DNA of 64,000 bases from Eledone cirrhosa. Lineage: Eukaryota. The notes under the pieces were generated by a model. That model ran no database searches and was not told where the DNA came from. It worked only from the letters and a program-made list of their open reading frames with translations. The stretch spans positions 181,846,001 through 181,910,000 of the forward strand of contig OZ024740.1 in the NCBI GenBank assembly GCA_964016885.1. Direction: 5' to 3'. This document shows, one piece after another, positions 12,561 to 25,560 of the stretch; positions within the stretch are counted from its first letter, which is position 1; every line of letters starts with the position of its first letter. Made by a program: the position numbers and the translations under genes.

Positions 12561-13003
12561 TCATCATCATCATGACCATCATTTTACACCCGCTTATCCC
12601 TGCTTGCAAGGGTGGGACGAGTTCTATTCAGCACAGTATTACTCCACTTGTCACGGTCCTTTGGCATCCCCTCCATGAGCTTCAGCGATCTGAGGTCTAC
12701 TCTAACCACCTCCGCCCATGTTTTTCGTTGTCTCCCTCTACTGAGTCTTCCTTCTACAGGGATTTCTTGGCGCTTCTTTATCCAGCGGTCATCCTCCATG
12801 CACATCACATATCCATACCATTGCAGTCTTCTCTCCTGCACACTATAACTTATCCTTCTTATACACCGTTTCTCTCTCAACAAAGGAAGCAGCTCTCTAA
12901 ACTTCTTCCAACCTGTCCTTATTCTAGATACTATGGCCTCAGAACCCCCCCCCCCCCATCCCATGCTAATCTGATCACCTCGGTACAAGAAGCTATCAAC
13001 CAC
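12561..13003 (-). mobile_element. RTE LINE 3' fragment with an internal deletion
   Basis: ORF 12584..13003: SEAIVSRIRTGWKKFRELLPLL...VQERRLQWYGYVMCM; (GAT)n-like tail. Confidence 0.9.
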
Positions 13004-15271
13004 TTATATACATATATATATATATGTATATATATATATGCACCACGGGGCGCTATTACATTAGGCATGACCTGGTCCAACATTGGCCGAAACCTATGAA
13101 AGTAATATATACATATATATATAGCAGATAATGTAGTTTTCCCTTTTTGTTCCTAAAATCAAACTTGTGGAATATTTATGCAACTTTTAATGAAGAAGCA
13201 GCTTACCGGATAGATATCTTAAAATGCATGATTGAGTCCTGTGAAATAATATTCCATGTGTTAATTTCCACGGTTATTTTTCAGGTTTCAATAATGCGCG
13301 GAGTGCATATAAGTAGATATGTTAGGACACTTAGACAAGTTGTATAATTAAATAGGTTTTTCTAATCATATGTTAACAAGTGTTTCATTATTGAGGGCTG
13401 TTTAGAAATATTAGTATTTCCAATGATTGTCATGCAATACCTCATAACTCAACAAATCTTCAGAAAATGAGTATAATTTTTAGAATTTCAGTAATAGTAT
13501 CTAATGTATAAAGGAAGGATGTGAGGTTGACCTGTGGGCTTCCAGCAATTGAGAAATGGAAGTAGAGTGATAGGCTCTAATCATGGTCTAGTTCTGTTTA
13601 TAATAACAAAATGTTTGAATTACCTATCTTATCTCGAGTTTAGTAATTTCTTTCCTCTCAAGATTTCTAGTACTTCAATTTCACAAATATCACAATCCCT
13701 TTCATAGCGTTAGGGGTGGGAGATGTGTAGAATGGGCCACGACATATTATATTTTATTGTTTCGTATTTTAATCTCCATATTTTCTAAGCTAAAGCAGTA
13801 GATGTTTGAAGCTTTGAATTTTAAACGAAAGCGTAGGTACATACTACATTTTCTTAAAAAGGTTGAATGTGGACCCCACATATTTAAATATCTCAAAGCC
13901 TTGTTGTAAATACCCAATGTTGTTAATCATGCATTTACCTGATAGGGGGGAGCTATCAGGTTTTCTACAGTTACGATGTACCAGTGCATGTCAATTAAAA
14001 TCTGTTTTTTCGTTAAGGGTTGGTGGGCTGTTATAGGAATACCTGCTTGTTGTTGATATTTTGGTGTGGTACAATGTGAGGAGATGTAGGCAAAGATGGG
14101 GGCAGGTTATTCACGATGAACTGAAGTCTATTTGGTGCTATTATATTTTCGAGAGCGTTTATTATTTAGTCCAGCTATTTTGTGATAACTATATGACAGC
14201 AGAAACTTCTTACTGAATATTTTGAAGAATATATAGGGTAATTTAAACTTATCTAAGTTGTTGTGCAGATGATTATACCATAGTTATGATTTGCTTCAAG
14301 ATCGTCCAGGTATTTTACCAGCCAGGGGACTTTTTTCAAGATATATTCGTTGTTATAACTGGTATATTTTCCAGATTGTGGGTAATGGGATTGCTGTTTC
14401 TTTCCGATTTACAACGGTGTGTTCGTAACGTATTCTTCCTTGTTCTGAGGTATTTCTGAAATTAGTAATGATGTTGTTGAACGTCTTTAATGTTAGGAAT
14501 ATAATTTATTCTTTCATCATCACCGACCTTCCTTGGTGTCGCATTGTAATAATTGGTATGTGCATTAAATGAATCTATGGAGGTAACAAGTTTGGAGCTC
14601 TTAAGTAATATACCCTTGGTGGTGGAGTTTCTTATGGATTTAGTGTGATTGGAGTATCGACTATGTGTCAGATTTTCATTAATTTTGTTGTAAGGTTCAA
14701 ACAGGTTAGAATTGAGGTTGAGGGTATCATCTAAGAAATTAGCTAGCTTATAGTTATGATCCAACGTTATTTCCAGGCCTATACATTTGAAGAAGTATCT
14801 TAGAGCCTTATATCTTCTTTCTAACTTTTGATCAATAACATTTCTAACAGAGGATTGTTATATCTATATATCTCTCTGTGAAAGTCAACGAATTCATTAT
14901 GTATATTATGTATTAGGTAAACTCCAATTGTGTCGGTAACCTGCGCAGAGTCACTTGATCTCATAGTAATATCAAATTTATTAGTTTTATCCCTACATGC
15001 CCAGTACTCATTAGCAAATGGTATCATTAACCGTCTAGATGCTATTATTATGTCAATCTCGTCATTAGTTAAGTCAGATTTCTGCATGGCAAATACAAGA
15101 GTTTTGTTGAGAACAGATGAAATAGATGAATAGCGGTTGTCAATATAAAACTGTATAAATTTAGTTGATTTTTTTTCATCCACTATCTTATTAAACCAGT
15201 TGATAGCCTCAGTTGTGTTACCCCAAAGTTTAATCAATAACCAACTAGGGTATTTGAACTATTACTCTAAT

Positions 15272-15340
15272 ACAGGGGTCAGAAACCTTTTGGCGAGTGC
15301 GGGCCACATTACTATGCAGTGTCTCATCGGTGGGCCATGA
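15272..15340 (+). mobile_element. Possible hAT (Charlie-like) DNA transposon terminus
   Basis: CAGGGGTCAGAAACC start followed by GCGGGCC motifs. A compatible end (GGTTAAGAATCACTG) lies at about 16628-16642, but pairing is unverified. Confidence 0.35.
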
Positions 15341-15627
15341 TATCAAAATATAATAAATTTGCTCGACCTCAGACAATTTCACATTTATCTTTAACTGTCA
15401 AGCTGATACTAATAATATTAAAGAGATTTATGGTCTGTTTATTATCTTACCATAGTAGGCACTCTGTATAACTTATATGAACCCCTTTGAACTATAGATT
15501 AACTATTTGTCAACCAATGACATATTTCATTTTTGTAACACCAAAAGGTTCTGGAAGCCCACAGGTCAACTTCTTAATCCTCCTCTTTACATTCGATGCG
15601 ATTACTCAAATTCTAAAAATAGTACTC

Positions 15628-15707
15628 ATTTTCTGAATATTTATTGAGTTGTGAGGTATTGCAGGAGAATGGTTGATGCAACTCCATAATGAAACACTTG
15701 TTAAAAT
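15628..15707 (+). ncRNA. Degenerate hammerhead in the inverted pseudo-LTR (counterpart on minus at about 13370-13468 has CTGAAGA)
   Basis: ATTTT-CTGAATA-TTTATTGAGTTG...CAACTCCATAAT-GAAA-CACTTG-TT-AAAAT. Confidence 0.55.
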
Positions 15708-17351
15708 ATATAATTAAATAAGTTTTTCTAATCCCATGATCCATTCAACAAAATTGGCACAACAGATGTTCTGAAGCATATTTTCCTTTTGGGAGGTAAA
15801 TTGGACTTTCATATCCTTTTGATTATGTTCATTGCAGTCCAGACTTTAGAAATTCTAATGTTAATATCATTTTTTGATGAACTCATCCAACTGCCCAAAT
15901 ATAGAAAATCCTCAACGTGATTTAGTATTCCGTCACACACTGTGACAAGATTTTCATCTTGGTTTAGAGACATATACTTTGGCTTGGTAACATTATTTAA
16001 AAAGGAATGTCTAAATCGATGTAGTATGTTTCATATTATGTATATAACATAGCAGACTAAATTAAAATAAATTTAACTTTTGAATTTATTTTAAATCAAT
16101 AAATTGAAAGATTTCTTTTTCCAAACAAAAAAAAATTATGATTTAGACCTACTCCTTCACAGCCTTTTGCAGCCAATTGTTACTCAACAAAGTGGTGCAG
16201 TCTGATATGAGTACAAGAAAAGAAAGAATATTGCTTAAGGCTGAAATAAGGTTTGCATATTTCATTCAGTTTATTTTATTGTTTAATTTATGGATCTGTT
16301 AAATTCATATATCTACTCCCATCTGCATGGGAATCTTTTTATTTTTTCCCATTTTATTGTTTTCAATGTATCCAATTTCGAAACATACCCATTCCATAAA
16401 ACCTTGGCAAAAGCATAAACTTATTTACAACACAATTTATTGCATAACTTTGACAGGCTTATATTAATTTCACATTAGTTTCCTTTTAAAATTAACATTG
16501 TGGAAAATAAATCCAGTAAAATCTGTAAATAATGATAAAGACTTTTTTAACTTAAAAATTATTTCCCTAATGGAATCCCCAAATTACTTCTAGAATCTGT
16601 AAATTTCCCCTGAAGTAATTTCCCTCGGGTTAAGAATCACTGCTATAGAGTAATTAAGAATGTAATTCTTTGAGAATCAAATTGTGAGGCTAATTGAATT
16701 TTAACATCTATTTTAAATTATTTTAGAAATTACCGTTTATACATTATTAGTGAATATTAATGAATAATTATCAAAAATATATATATCATTAGTGGTTTAC
16801 ATATAGCTTGTGAATAATTACATTTTACATTTTTACTATCTTTATTTTAATAAATAATTATTGTAAATTGGTGGGAGATCAGTTTCACACATCATTTAAT
16901 GAATTCGCTTAGTGTTTGATAACTAATAATTTTGGAATGGGGTGTGTGTGTGTGTGCAATAACCCTTTTTATTATTTTCTTTGCTTTATAGCCATCTATA
17001 GAGCTTTTAAATGATCGCTTGATCTGTTAGAAATAGACAACTTTCATTCAACAAATAGTGAAAATCTAGTCAACCCATACTTTGTATTTTTGAAGTATAA
17101 CAATTATAGAATAGAAACTTTAAACCAAAAGATAAATCGAAAGATATAAGGTAGTGAAATAATTTTAACAGACATATTTTCACAGTTTGTTGTCTTAAAG
17201 AGCCAACTCGCTGACTTTTATTTACAAAAAAATGTTAATGTCAAACGGAATAAACAGCAGTGATACACAGCTGCCTGAAACTGACTATGGATCTTTGATA
17301 TAGGACTGTTTATTTCAAGGTATTTATATTTATTTAATAGGCTTCCATAAT

Positions 17352-18040
17352 ATCATCACCATTTTACGTCCATTCTTCCATGCTAGCATAGGTTAGATGG
17401 GTTGTTCTGTTGTGGGCAATGCCAGGTCGGGTGACAATGTCTTGCTTATACGGGAACTGATTTGGGCTCGGGTTCTACAGTTGGATGCCCTTCCTAACAC
17501 CAACCTCATTTAGAGTGAGTACTGGGTGTTTTTTTACTGTGACATCTCCACAACTACTTTGCTGTGGGAAGGGGTAGGGGCATATTGTCTACATGCTTCG
17601 GCTTCGGCTTGTACTCGTGGGAGGTCGGAACTTCTGTATTACTGCAGAAGGCCAGAGGTCTCGGTCCTGTGTCATTGCCTTTGAGAGGTGCAAATTAGCA
17701 AGGTCAGCTTTTATCACCTCAACCAAGGTCTTCTTGGGTCTCCCCACTCCAAGGCTTCCATTGACTTTTAGTGCTCTCCATCTTTTTATGCAGCTGTCAT
17801 CCTTCAATAGGCATCACATGTCCATACCAATGCAACCTTCTCCCCTGCACACATCATTTGATTCCTCTTATGCTCAGTCTCTCTCTCAATTCGTTTATGC
17901 TTTGTCATTCACATATATTACTCTTACACATCCATTGGAGCATGCAAGGTTCGTTTCTTTCTAATCTATGCAAGTCTTCTACACACAGTGCCCAGGTTTC
18001 ACTACCATGTAACATTGCTGTTCAAATGCATGCATCATAA
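17352..18040 (-). mobile_element. 5'-truncated copy of the same RTE subfamily as the intact element at 58517
   Basis: MKDDSCIKRWRALKVNGSLGVGRPK matches the 1039-aa C-terminus, and the 3' UTR matches. Confidence 0.92.
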
Positions 18041-20274
18041 TTTCATATAAAACCTATTGCAAAGTTATGTTCCAGACTCCACCTTAATAATGATAAAGTT
18101 AATTCTCTTACTAAATCCCTTCATGTTCTGGATTATTTTCAAAAGTATTTGAAAATTATATGCAGTATCATTCATTAGAAATATGGTAAAGAGTGGGATG
18201 TATACCTATAACCTATATATACATTATATTTAGCATTGATAGAAAAATACTTAAGCAATTTGAAATGAGGTCTATATATCACATTTGGTCTTAAATTGTT
18301 GGGGGCTTAAATTTTACATCTAGCTTGGATTTATTACCAGCTCATCATGGGCTTGCTTTAGCAACATAAATTAGGACAGATCAAGAATTAGCCAGAATTT
18401 TAAGTGTGAGCTTTGAAAAAAATAATTACCTTTCAAATATCATAGGCAGTTTAACAATTCCTTGTTGAGCACTTGTCATGAAATTTGTCTACATCTCTTT
18501 AGTATTTTCTCTTCAATGAAAATGCTCATCACAATTTCCACACTCTGAGCACTGGTATAATATGTGAAATTTCAGCCAGAGTTGAACTAGTCCTGGAATA
18601 CATATGGTGTTCGCTCCAGGAGTGAAGTGTATATTTCATACCAATTAGTTTTTGTTGACTTTCTTTGTCTCGATGTCTACTTTCATTATTTGTTACAATC
18701 AAAACATTAAATTGTTATATTGAAAGTATTAAATTGGAAGTACTTTAGTTACCCCATTGATTGAAGTGCATAATAATATTGGAGTATTTGTAGTTATAAT
18801 CAATAGACATGTTCAAGTTTATTAATGGAAAGACCCATTATGTTATTGAAGAAGATCTTACTGAATTAATGTAGATTCAAAGATTTGATGAGGAATCTTT
18901 TTTTCAAATTTTTGGACAGATGTTGGGGAATGATCTTAATATTTAGCATTTTATACTCTGTACAAGGATTTATCATATGTGGGTGAAAAGGTATCTGTAT
19001 GAGAAGGTATGTGTGTGTGAGGCTGAAATAAAAGTACAAATAGTGAAATGAAAGTTCAAATAGTGAATTTGTTCAGATGAAAAATGTAAGAATATGATGA
19101 AGTGTGAAGCTTGATTATACTTATCATTTATACTCCAAAAAGGGTGGTGGGTTAGCAGTATTGGTAAAGCATCAGCCAACATGCTTAGTGGCATATTGTT
19201 ATGGCCCTTTATATTCTGATTTCAAATCCCGCCAAAGTTAGCTTTGCTTTTCATCTTTACATGCTCGATAAAATAAAGTACCAGTAACGCACTGGGGTTG
19301 ATTTAATCGACTATTCATCTTCCCTTCAAATTACTGGCATCGTGTCAAATGTAGAAACTATTATTTATACTCCAAATACAATTTGATATTGGATAAGCAT
19401 CCCCAACTCCCTTAAAAAAATTGTCGAAATGTGTTCTATTTTTTCAAATGATTCTGATCTCTTTTATATGGAAGATTGAAGTTAGTGCTAATACTGTCAG
19501 TAGAAAAATGTTTCTGGTGTGAAAAAGCAGCATTATCTAAATGGGTAATATCCTATATATTTTTATATTTGTTCTTAAACTATCTGACATAACCATATTT
19601 TGTGATGTTACAGTAAATTATGGTATCACAACATCTGAATCTTTACATGCATATACATTGAAATTTATAAACAGGCCCACCTACTAACATAAATAAAAAC
19701 ATACATTCTTAGGAGTCTTTAAAGGTTTTGCAAAAAATCCTTTGATGAACAAATTGATATGGTATTAGCATTAAGATACACTTCAAAAAGATATAGAGAA
19801 AGAATGCAAGCGTAAGATAGCTAAAGGTGTAGTAACTTCAGAAACATGTGTATGTGTTTCTGGTTGAACCCACAGAACAAGGCAAAGCATAAATAAGGAC
19901 AGCAGCAAATAACCCCCTTTTACATCAATGGCTATCCAAGGAAGGCTGGCTATAGAAAGTGTAGTCTGAATGGCAGTGCCTCAACATGGTGTCAGCCAGT
20001 TGACTGAAACAGGTGGAAGAGTTAATATTTTTTTTGTAAATTCACATACAAAGTGTAAAGTCCTTAGGTCAGACATCTATCAGTAGTTTCATTCTGTCAT
20101 TTTGAACAGATGCATTCATTAATAAAACTGTCGGCATTTTTTTACCACAGAGATACACTAGTAATTTTAATAATTTAAACAAATATGAGCACAACATCAG
20201 TGGGGTTGAATACTCGAAAAGTGTGATTATTACTTTTGTTTTGTTTTTGCTTTCTTTATTGTAATCTATACGCA

Positions 20275-20612
20275 GCAAATTGGCAGCATCGTTAGAACAT
20301 CAGATAGAATGCTTTTATTGTATTTGTTTTTGCTCTCTGCTCTCGGAGTTCAAATTCCGTTGAGGTCCACTTTCCTTCCGAGGTTGATAAAAAAATTACC
20401 AGTCTAGTACTGTGGTCGATTCCTCCTCTATATCTCTTTCTCATTTCCTCTCTCTCAATTTCTATATTTCTCTGGAAGAAATCTGTTGTACTCAGGCCTG
20501 AAGAGGGATGGACTCCGCCAGGCTTAAAATGCCCAGTAAATGCTGTATGCCTGTATGGCACCCCTATGACACTATCTGTCGTTAGGGAATCCTACATACA
20601 TAGATACATACA
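20275..20612 (+). mobile_element. Composite SINE: tRNA-like head, Meta-type core, CT-rich tract and a distinct 3' tail ending in (ACAT)n; homologs at 28262-28550 and 48690-48870 plus 49285-49420
   Basis: TGGCAG A-box and GAGTTCAAAT B-box; shared tail GGAAGAAATCTGTTGTACTCAGGCCTGAAGAGGGATGG...TATGGCACCCCTA. Confidence 0.7.
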
Positions 20613-21869
20613 TTGTAATCTATACTTTCTGTAAGTGATATAGAAGTGAAATTAGACATCTAACATACACAATACTCTTATGTATTTTTATTTGGTGGAG
20701 TTAACATGATTTTGAAACCAGAAATATTAATTCATTGTTATTCTTAAATGTTAATTTCATTACTTAAGGGCTTTGATAAAGAGCCTAATAGTCTATTGAA
20801 AGTGGGAAACAGAAATGTTCTATTAATTAAACATTGCATCTGATTTAGGCAGGGGGGAAAAGTTGATTAAATCGATCCTTGTGTGTTACTGGTACTTTTT
20901 TATTGACTCCAAATGGACGAAAAGCAAAGCTAACCCCAGGGAGATTTGAATGTAAAGGGATGTAACAATATGCTACAAAGGATGTTTTCTAATTGTCTAC
21001 CAATACTACCAATCCACTATTAATTAAATAGATAATAAAATGTATAGAGTAAGCAATACATACCTTGCTTCTTAGGAATATATACGCCTGGACACCACAA
21101 TGTAAACATGTGAAACTAACAGAAAAATTTGTGGTGGTTATGCATGTATTAACATTATGGTACTGTGTTATGGTTTCACTCATGGGAATGTAGCCATGCT
21201 GGAAAATCCTCATTTAGTGTATAGTTGATTATAGCATCAATCCCAGTATTATTTTATCAACCTCAAACTAATATAATATAAAGTAAAATCAATCAACAAG
21301 ATCCTGGACCTCATTTACTTACCAAGTGGGGTGGAGCTCATAAAATTGGACCTTCTATTGCTGATAATATTTAATCAGTCACAACTCCTGGCAGAAGGAG
21401 TAACATGAAAGAGTGTCTTGCTCAAGGACATAATGCACCACCCAGTCTGGGAATCAAACTCGTAACCTCGTGATTACGAATCTAATTCTCTGATCACTAA
21501 ACAACCTGCTTTAACTTTAATACAAAAGTGATCTCAATGGATTTAAAATCAGAATGAAATATGACTGACCTAAATACTGCAAGTATATTGTCAACAAACA
21601 AGCTACAAACGAGATGAATAGCCAATCACCCATTGGGGAAATTTCTAAGAAATTGAAGGGAAAAGAGAACTCTTGTGCTTGTGTCATGATAAAATGCACT
21701 CAGTACACAATCTGAAGTGTTTGATGTTAGGAATGGCACCAAACTGTAGGAACCTTGCCCAAATTTGAAGTGTATGAACAAGACACAATTATCTATTATC
21801 GATGCCAGCATTGAAAACAAATGTAAAAGTATTCATTTCATTTCATTTCATTTGAGTTTGAGTCCATGC

Positions 21870-24850
21870 TCAGGCCAAGTTGAAGACTCCACCCTCAGAG
21901 TCTGGTGTGGTTGCCAGGTTGGATTCTCTGTTTAATTTTGACATGTGTAGGAGCGAGTTTGAGTCAGTTTGTGCTCGTTGTGTATATCCTGGGAGATGGG
22001 GTTCATCTCTAATGGTGCTTAAGTATCTATCCAGCTGCAATTTGAATGATTCCACACTGCATCCTGATAGATTTCTGACATGTACCGGAATGGAGTTGAA
22101 TAGTTGTGCCCCTCGAACCAACAGACTTGACTCTCGCAGGGTTTTTGCTGCCTGGCCAGCCCTTTTGTTGATTGGTGGTAGCTGGCAGTGTCTTCCGTGG
22201 CGCAGTGAGTGGTAGGTTTTGATACCAACGTTTGGCACCTTTTGCTCTATCATTTTCCAAATGTATATAATTCGGTATCGCTCAAATCTTCTTTCTATTG
22301 AGTACATCTTCAAGGTTTTGAGTCTTTGCCAATAGTCCAGGTCCCTCGTTTCTGAGAAGTATGAGGTAAAATTTCTTTGGAGCGATTCCATCTTAGATAG
22401 TTGGCCCTTTGTTGTTGGTGACCACAACTGAGAACAGTAGTCAATCCTCGGAAGTACCATACTGTTCCAGAGGGTTTTCATTGTTGAGGTATCTCTTGAT
22501 TTGAAGGTGCGCAAGATCCACCCGCTGTACTTTCTTGCAGTAAGACAGACTGAGTCAAGGTGTTCTCTGAATTTTAGGCTGGTTCCCATGTGGATGCCTA
22601 AATCTTTCACACACTGTTTTTCCATTATTTGTTGTCCTGATGGGTTTCTGTAGTTTGTTGTATTTTTCAGATCTTGATCTGTTCCGTAGTTCAAACTTCT
22701 TATCATTGAACAACATGTTGTTTGTTTCCTGCCATTTGTATATGGTGGTTAGGTCCTTTTGTAAGGCCTCTGTATCCACCTCGTCTTTGATTTCTCTCAT
22801 GACCCTGGTGTCATCAGCAAAGGATGAGACGTTGCTGGTTGTATCTTCATCTATGTCAGAGATGAGGATGAGAAACAGGATCGGGCCGAGTACTGTACCT
22901 GAGGAACACTGCTGGTCACAGGTGATGGTGTTGAATGGGTTCCATTCACAGTGACTGTTTGAGTTCTATTTGTAAGGAACTCATGTATCCATGTACCAAC
23001 TTTTCCTCCTACTCCTAGCTTTCGAAGTTTGTGTCCCAGGATACCATGATCTACCTTGTCAAATGCCTTGGCAAAGTCGAGGTAAATAACATCTGTGTTG
23101 TATCCATTCTCTAGATTTTCTAGGATTTGGTCATGGTGTGCCAGTAGTTGGGAAAGACATGATCTACCTAACCTGAATCCATGCTGATTGCAATTCATCA
23201 GATTGTTGGATTCCAGGAACTCAACCAGTTTTCCACAAACTATATTCTTTCGAAGACCTTGATAATGTGTGATGTCAGTGAGATTGGTCGGTAGTTCTTT
23301 GGTTTTGATTTGCTGTCCCCTTTATGTATTAGAGTTATGTGTGCTTCTTTATATGTATTTGGTATTTTGCCATTCTCCATAGATTCCTTCCATATCATGT
23401 AAAGGGGTTTCAACACTTGTACCTTGCAGTTTTTAAGTATCATGGCATTGAAACCATCAGGCTCCGTGCATGGAGAGCTTGTCTATGGCTCTTTCTATGT
23501 CTTCTGGGTTGAAATCAATGTCGGATAGGGTAGGTTTAGTATGGTCGATATCCTTGAAGAATTCTCCTGGGTCATGGATCTTCATGGTTTTAGATGGCTC
23601 ACTGAAGACACTTTCATACTGTTGACCCAACATTTCTGCCATTTCAATAGGGTTATTCACTACATCCCCATTTTGTCTCTGGAGAGGTCCTATTGTTGAC
23701 TTGGTATTCGAGTATTTCTTTGCAAAACTGTAGAAACATTTTGGATTTTTCTTGATGTTTTATATGGCTCTCTTTTATGCATTGTTATGTTCTTCATCAT
23801 AGTGTTGTTTTAGATTGTCTTCTAATCTGTATATTTGGTCAAGGACTTTCTGTAGTTCATGTTTTGATGTCAGCTTAGATGTTTTGTTTCTTAGTCTTGA
23901 CCTTTTGCGCATCACAATCTTTCGCTCCCGTGGTACAGGTTTTTTTGTGGATTTGGTTTTCTTAAGAGGAATATTTTTTGCACATATTTCTTCGATCTTG
24001 TTTAAGAATTTCTTGTGTTTATCTGGCCCAGTAAGGTAGAGATCCCAATCAATGATTTGTAACTGGTTGTTAATAGTTTCCCAATTTACCTGGTGATAAT
24101 CATACCTGCATAGCTTTGGCATGTCCTTTTGTTTAAGAGTTATGGCATTGGGCTCATTACCAATGTGTAAATGCATTTCAATAATATTGTGGTCTGAAAG
24201 GATTGTTGGGGTTGAGTGAAGGTCAAATAGCGTGTCCTCATTGTTGGTGAAAACCAAGTCGATCGTATTATTATTTCTAGTTGCTTCTGTCATCATTTGT
24301 TTGAGGTATAATTTCTCTGCGACTGCCAACAGTTTGGCTGCCTGTATTTGTTCAGCTTTTGTCTCCAGTTTTAGTATGTGTCCATGTGGCCAGATGATGT
24401 TAGGGAAGTTGAAGTCACCAAGGAGGATAATGTCTGGCATTGGACTTGCCATGTTTCCCAGAATTTGTTGGAGCCTTGTCAGTGGCTCAGTGAAGGATAA
24501 TGTTGGGCTGTTTGGCGGTCTGTACATTATTGTTACAACTGTATTAAGTTGGATGATTTTTATGCACAGCAGGTTGCAGTAGGCATTTGATTAATTGACA
24601 AGTTCTATGCATGCATAGGTATCATGGATATACATGATACCGCCCCCATGGGATCTGCCTTGTCTATCACATCTGAAGATGTTGAATCCATTGATTGAGA
24701 TTTCGCTGTTGCGGATGTTTTCGTTGAGATGACTTTCAGTAATTCCAATTATTTTGGAGTTGTTTTCTGTTGCTAATTCTTCCAAGAAAGGGACTTTACA
24801 CTGTTTTGTTTTCGGATAAAGACCCTGGATATTTGCTGTTATTATGCTTG
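21870..24850 (-). pseudogene. LINE ORF2 (APE endonuclease plus reverse transcriptase), disrupted
   Basis: Colinear fragments 24591-24785, 23775-24527, 23457-23660, 23240-23443, 22851-23198, 22555-22800 and 21870-22706, separated by stops and frameshifts. Confidence 0.92.
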
Positions 24851-25560
24851 TTGTACCGGATACATCTGCCCTATTGTTGGCAAGACTGTTGTAGTTGCTG
24901 GGACTGTGCTGACTGGATATTCGGTCTGCTGGGCTGTCTGTATTTGTTGTATGTGCCCTGTAAGTCCAGGTGTCAGCCTTTGTATCAATGTTGCCTGGTT
25001 TTGCTGAGTCATCTGTATGGAGTACAGCTGTTGTTGTAGTTGGTAGATTATGCCTAAAAAACTGCTTTCATTCATTACTGTATCGAATTTCTGCGAGTTT
25101 GGGTTTGTTACAGCTGATGTGTGCAATTGAGTAGCATGATTTTCATTCACTGTTGAGCCATGTCCTGGTTTCTGCATTTTTGGGAAATGGTTTTCATACC
25201 CTGCTGAGCTTGGTCCTGGTGGTGTGGGTTCAGTAGTTTTTATGCGAATTGTACCCTTCCGGTGCATAAATTTGCAATTCTCGTCAAAACATTCTTTTTT
25301 TCTCAGCGAATTGCGGCACATCTTTGGGTGAAGGAGTTCACATTCTCGGCCATTTTGGCATCCTTTTTTTCGATCAGTACCGAAGTTGATATATGGTTTG
25401 CATGGTTTGGGGTGACTGTATGTGCACCCTTTACCTGAAAGACCATGTTTGCACTTGTTGCTCCTTTAATGGATACATACTGGCCTTTCTTCATTTGAGC
25501 GTTTGCTCTGAATCTGTTTCTTTTCGTGGGAAGTTTGGTCTTTTTCTGCAGGATCTCCTG
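24842..25560 (-). pseudogene. LINE ORF1 remnant with three tandem CCCH zinc fingers and a Q-rich C-terminus
   Basis: In frame upstream of the 159-aa ORF: CIH*RSNKCKHGLSGKGCTYSH-PKP-CKPYINFGTDRKKGCQNGRECELLH-PKM-CRNSLRKKECFDENCKFMH. Confidence 0.8.

Larger units (their letters stand above)
13120..15740 (-). mobile_element. Decayed Penelope-like retroelement (RT plus GIY-YIG) with inverted pseudo-LTRs (about 13345-13490 minus, about 15608-15735 plus)
   Basis: LWGNTTEAINWFNKI..FIQFYIDNRYSSIS..FDITMRSSDSAQVTDTIG; NFLDDTLNL..FEPYNK; CNCRKPDSSPLSGKC and YVGST near 13870-13980. The 15608-15735 block is an inverted homolog of the 3' end. Confidence 0.8.
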
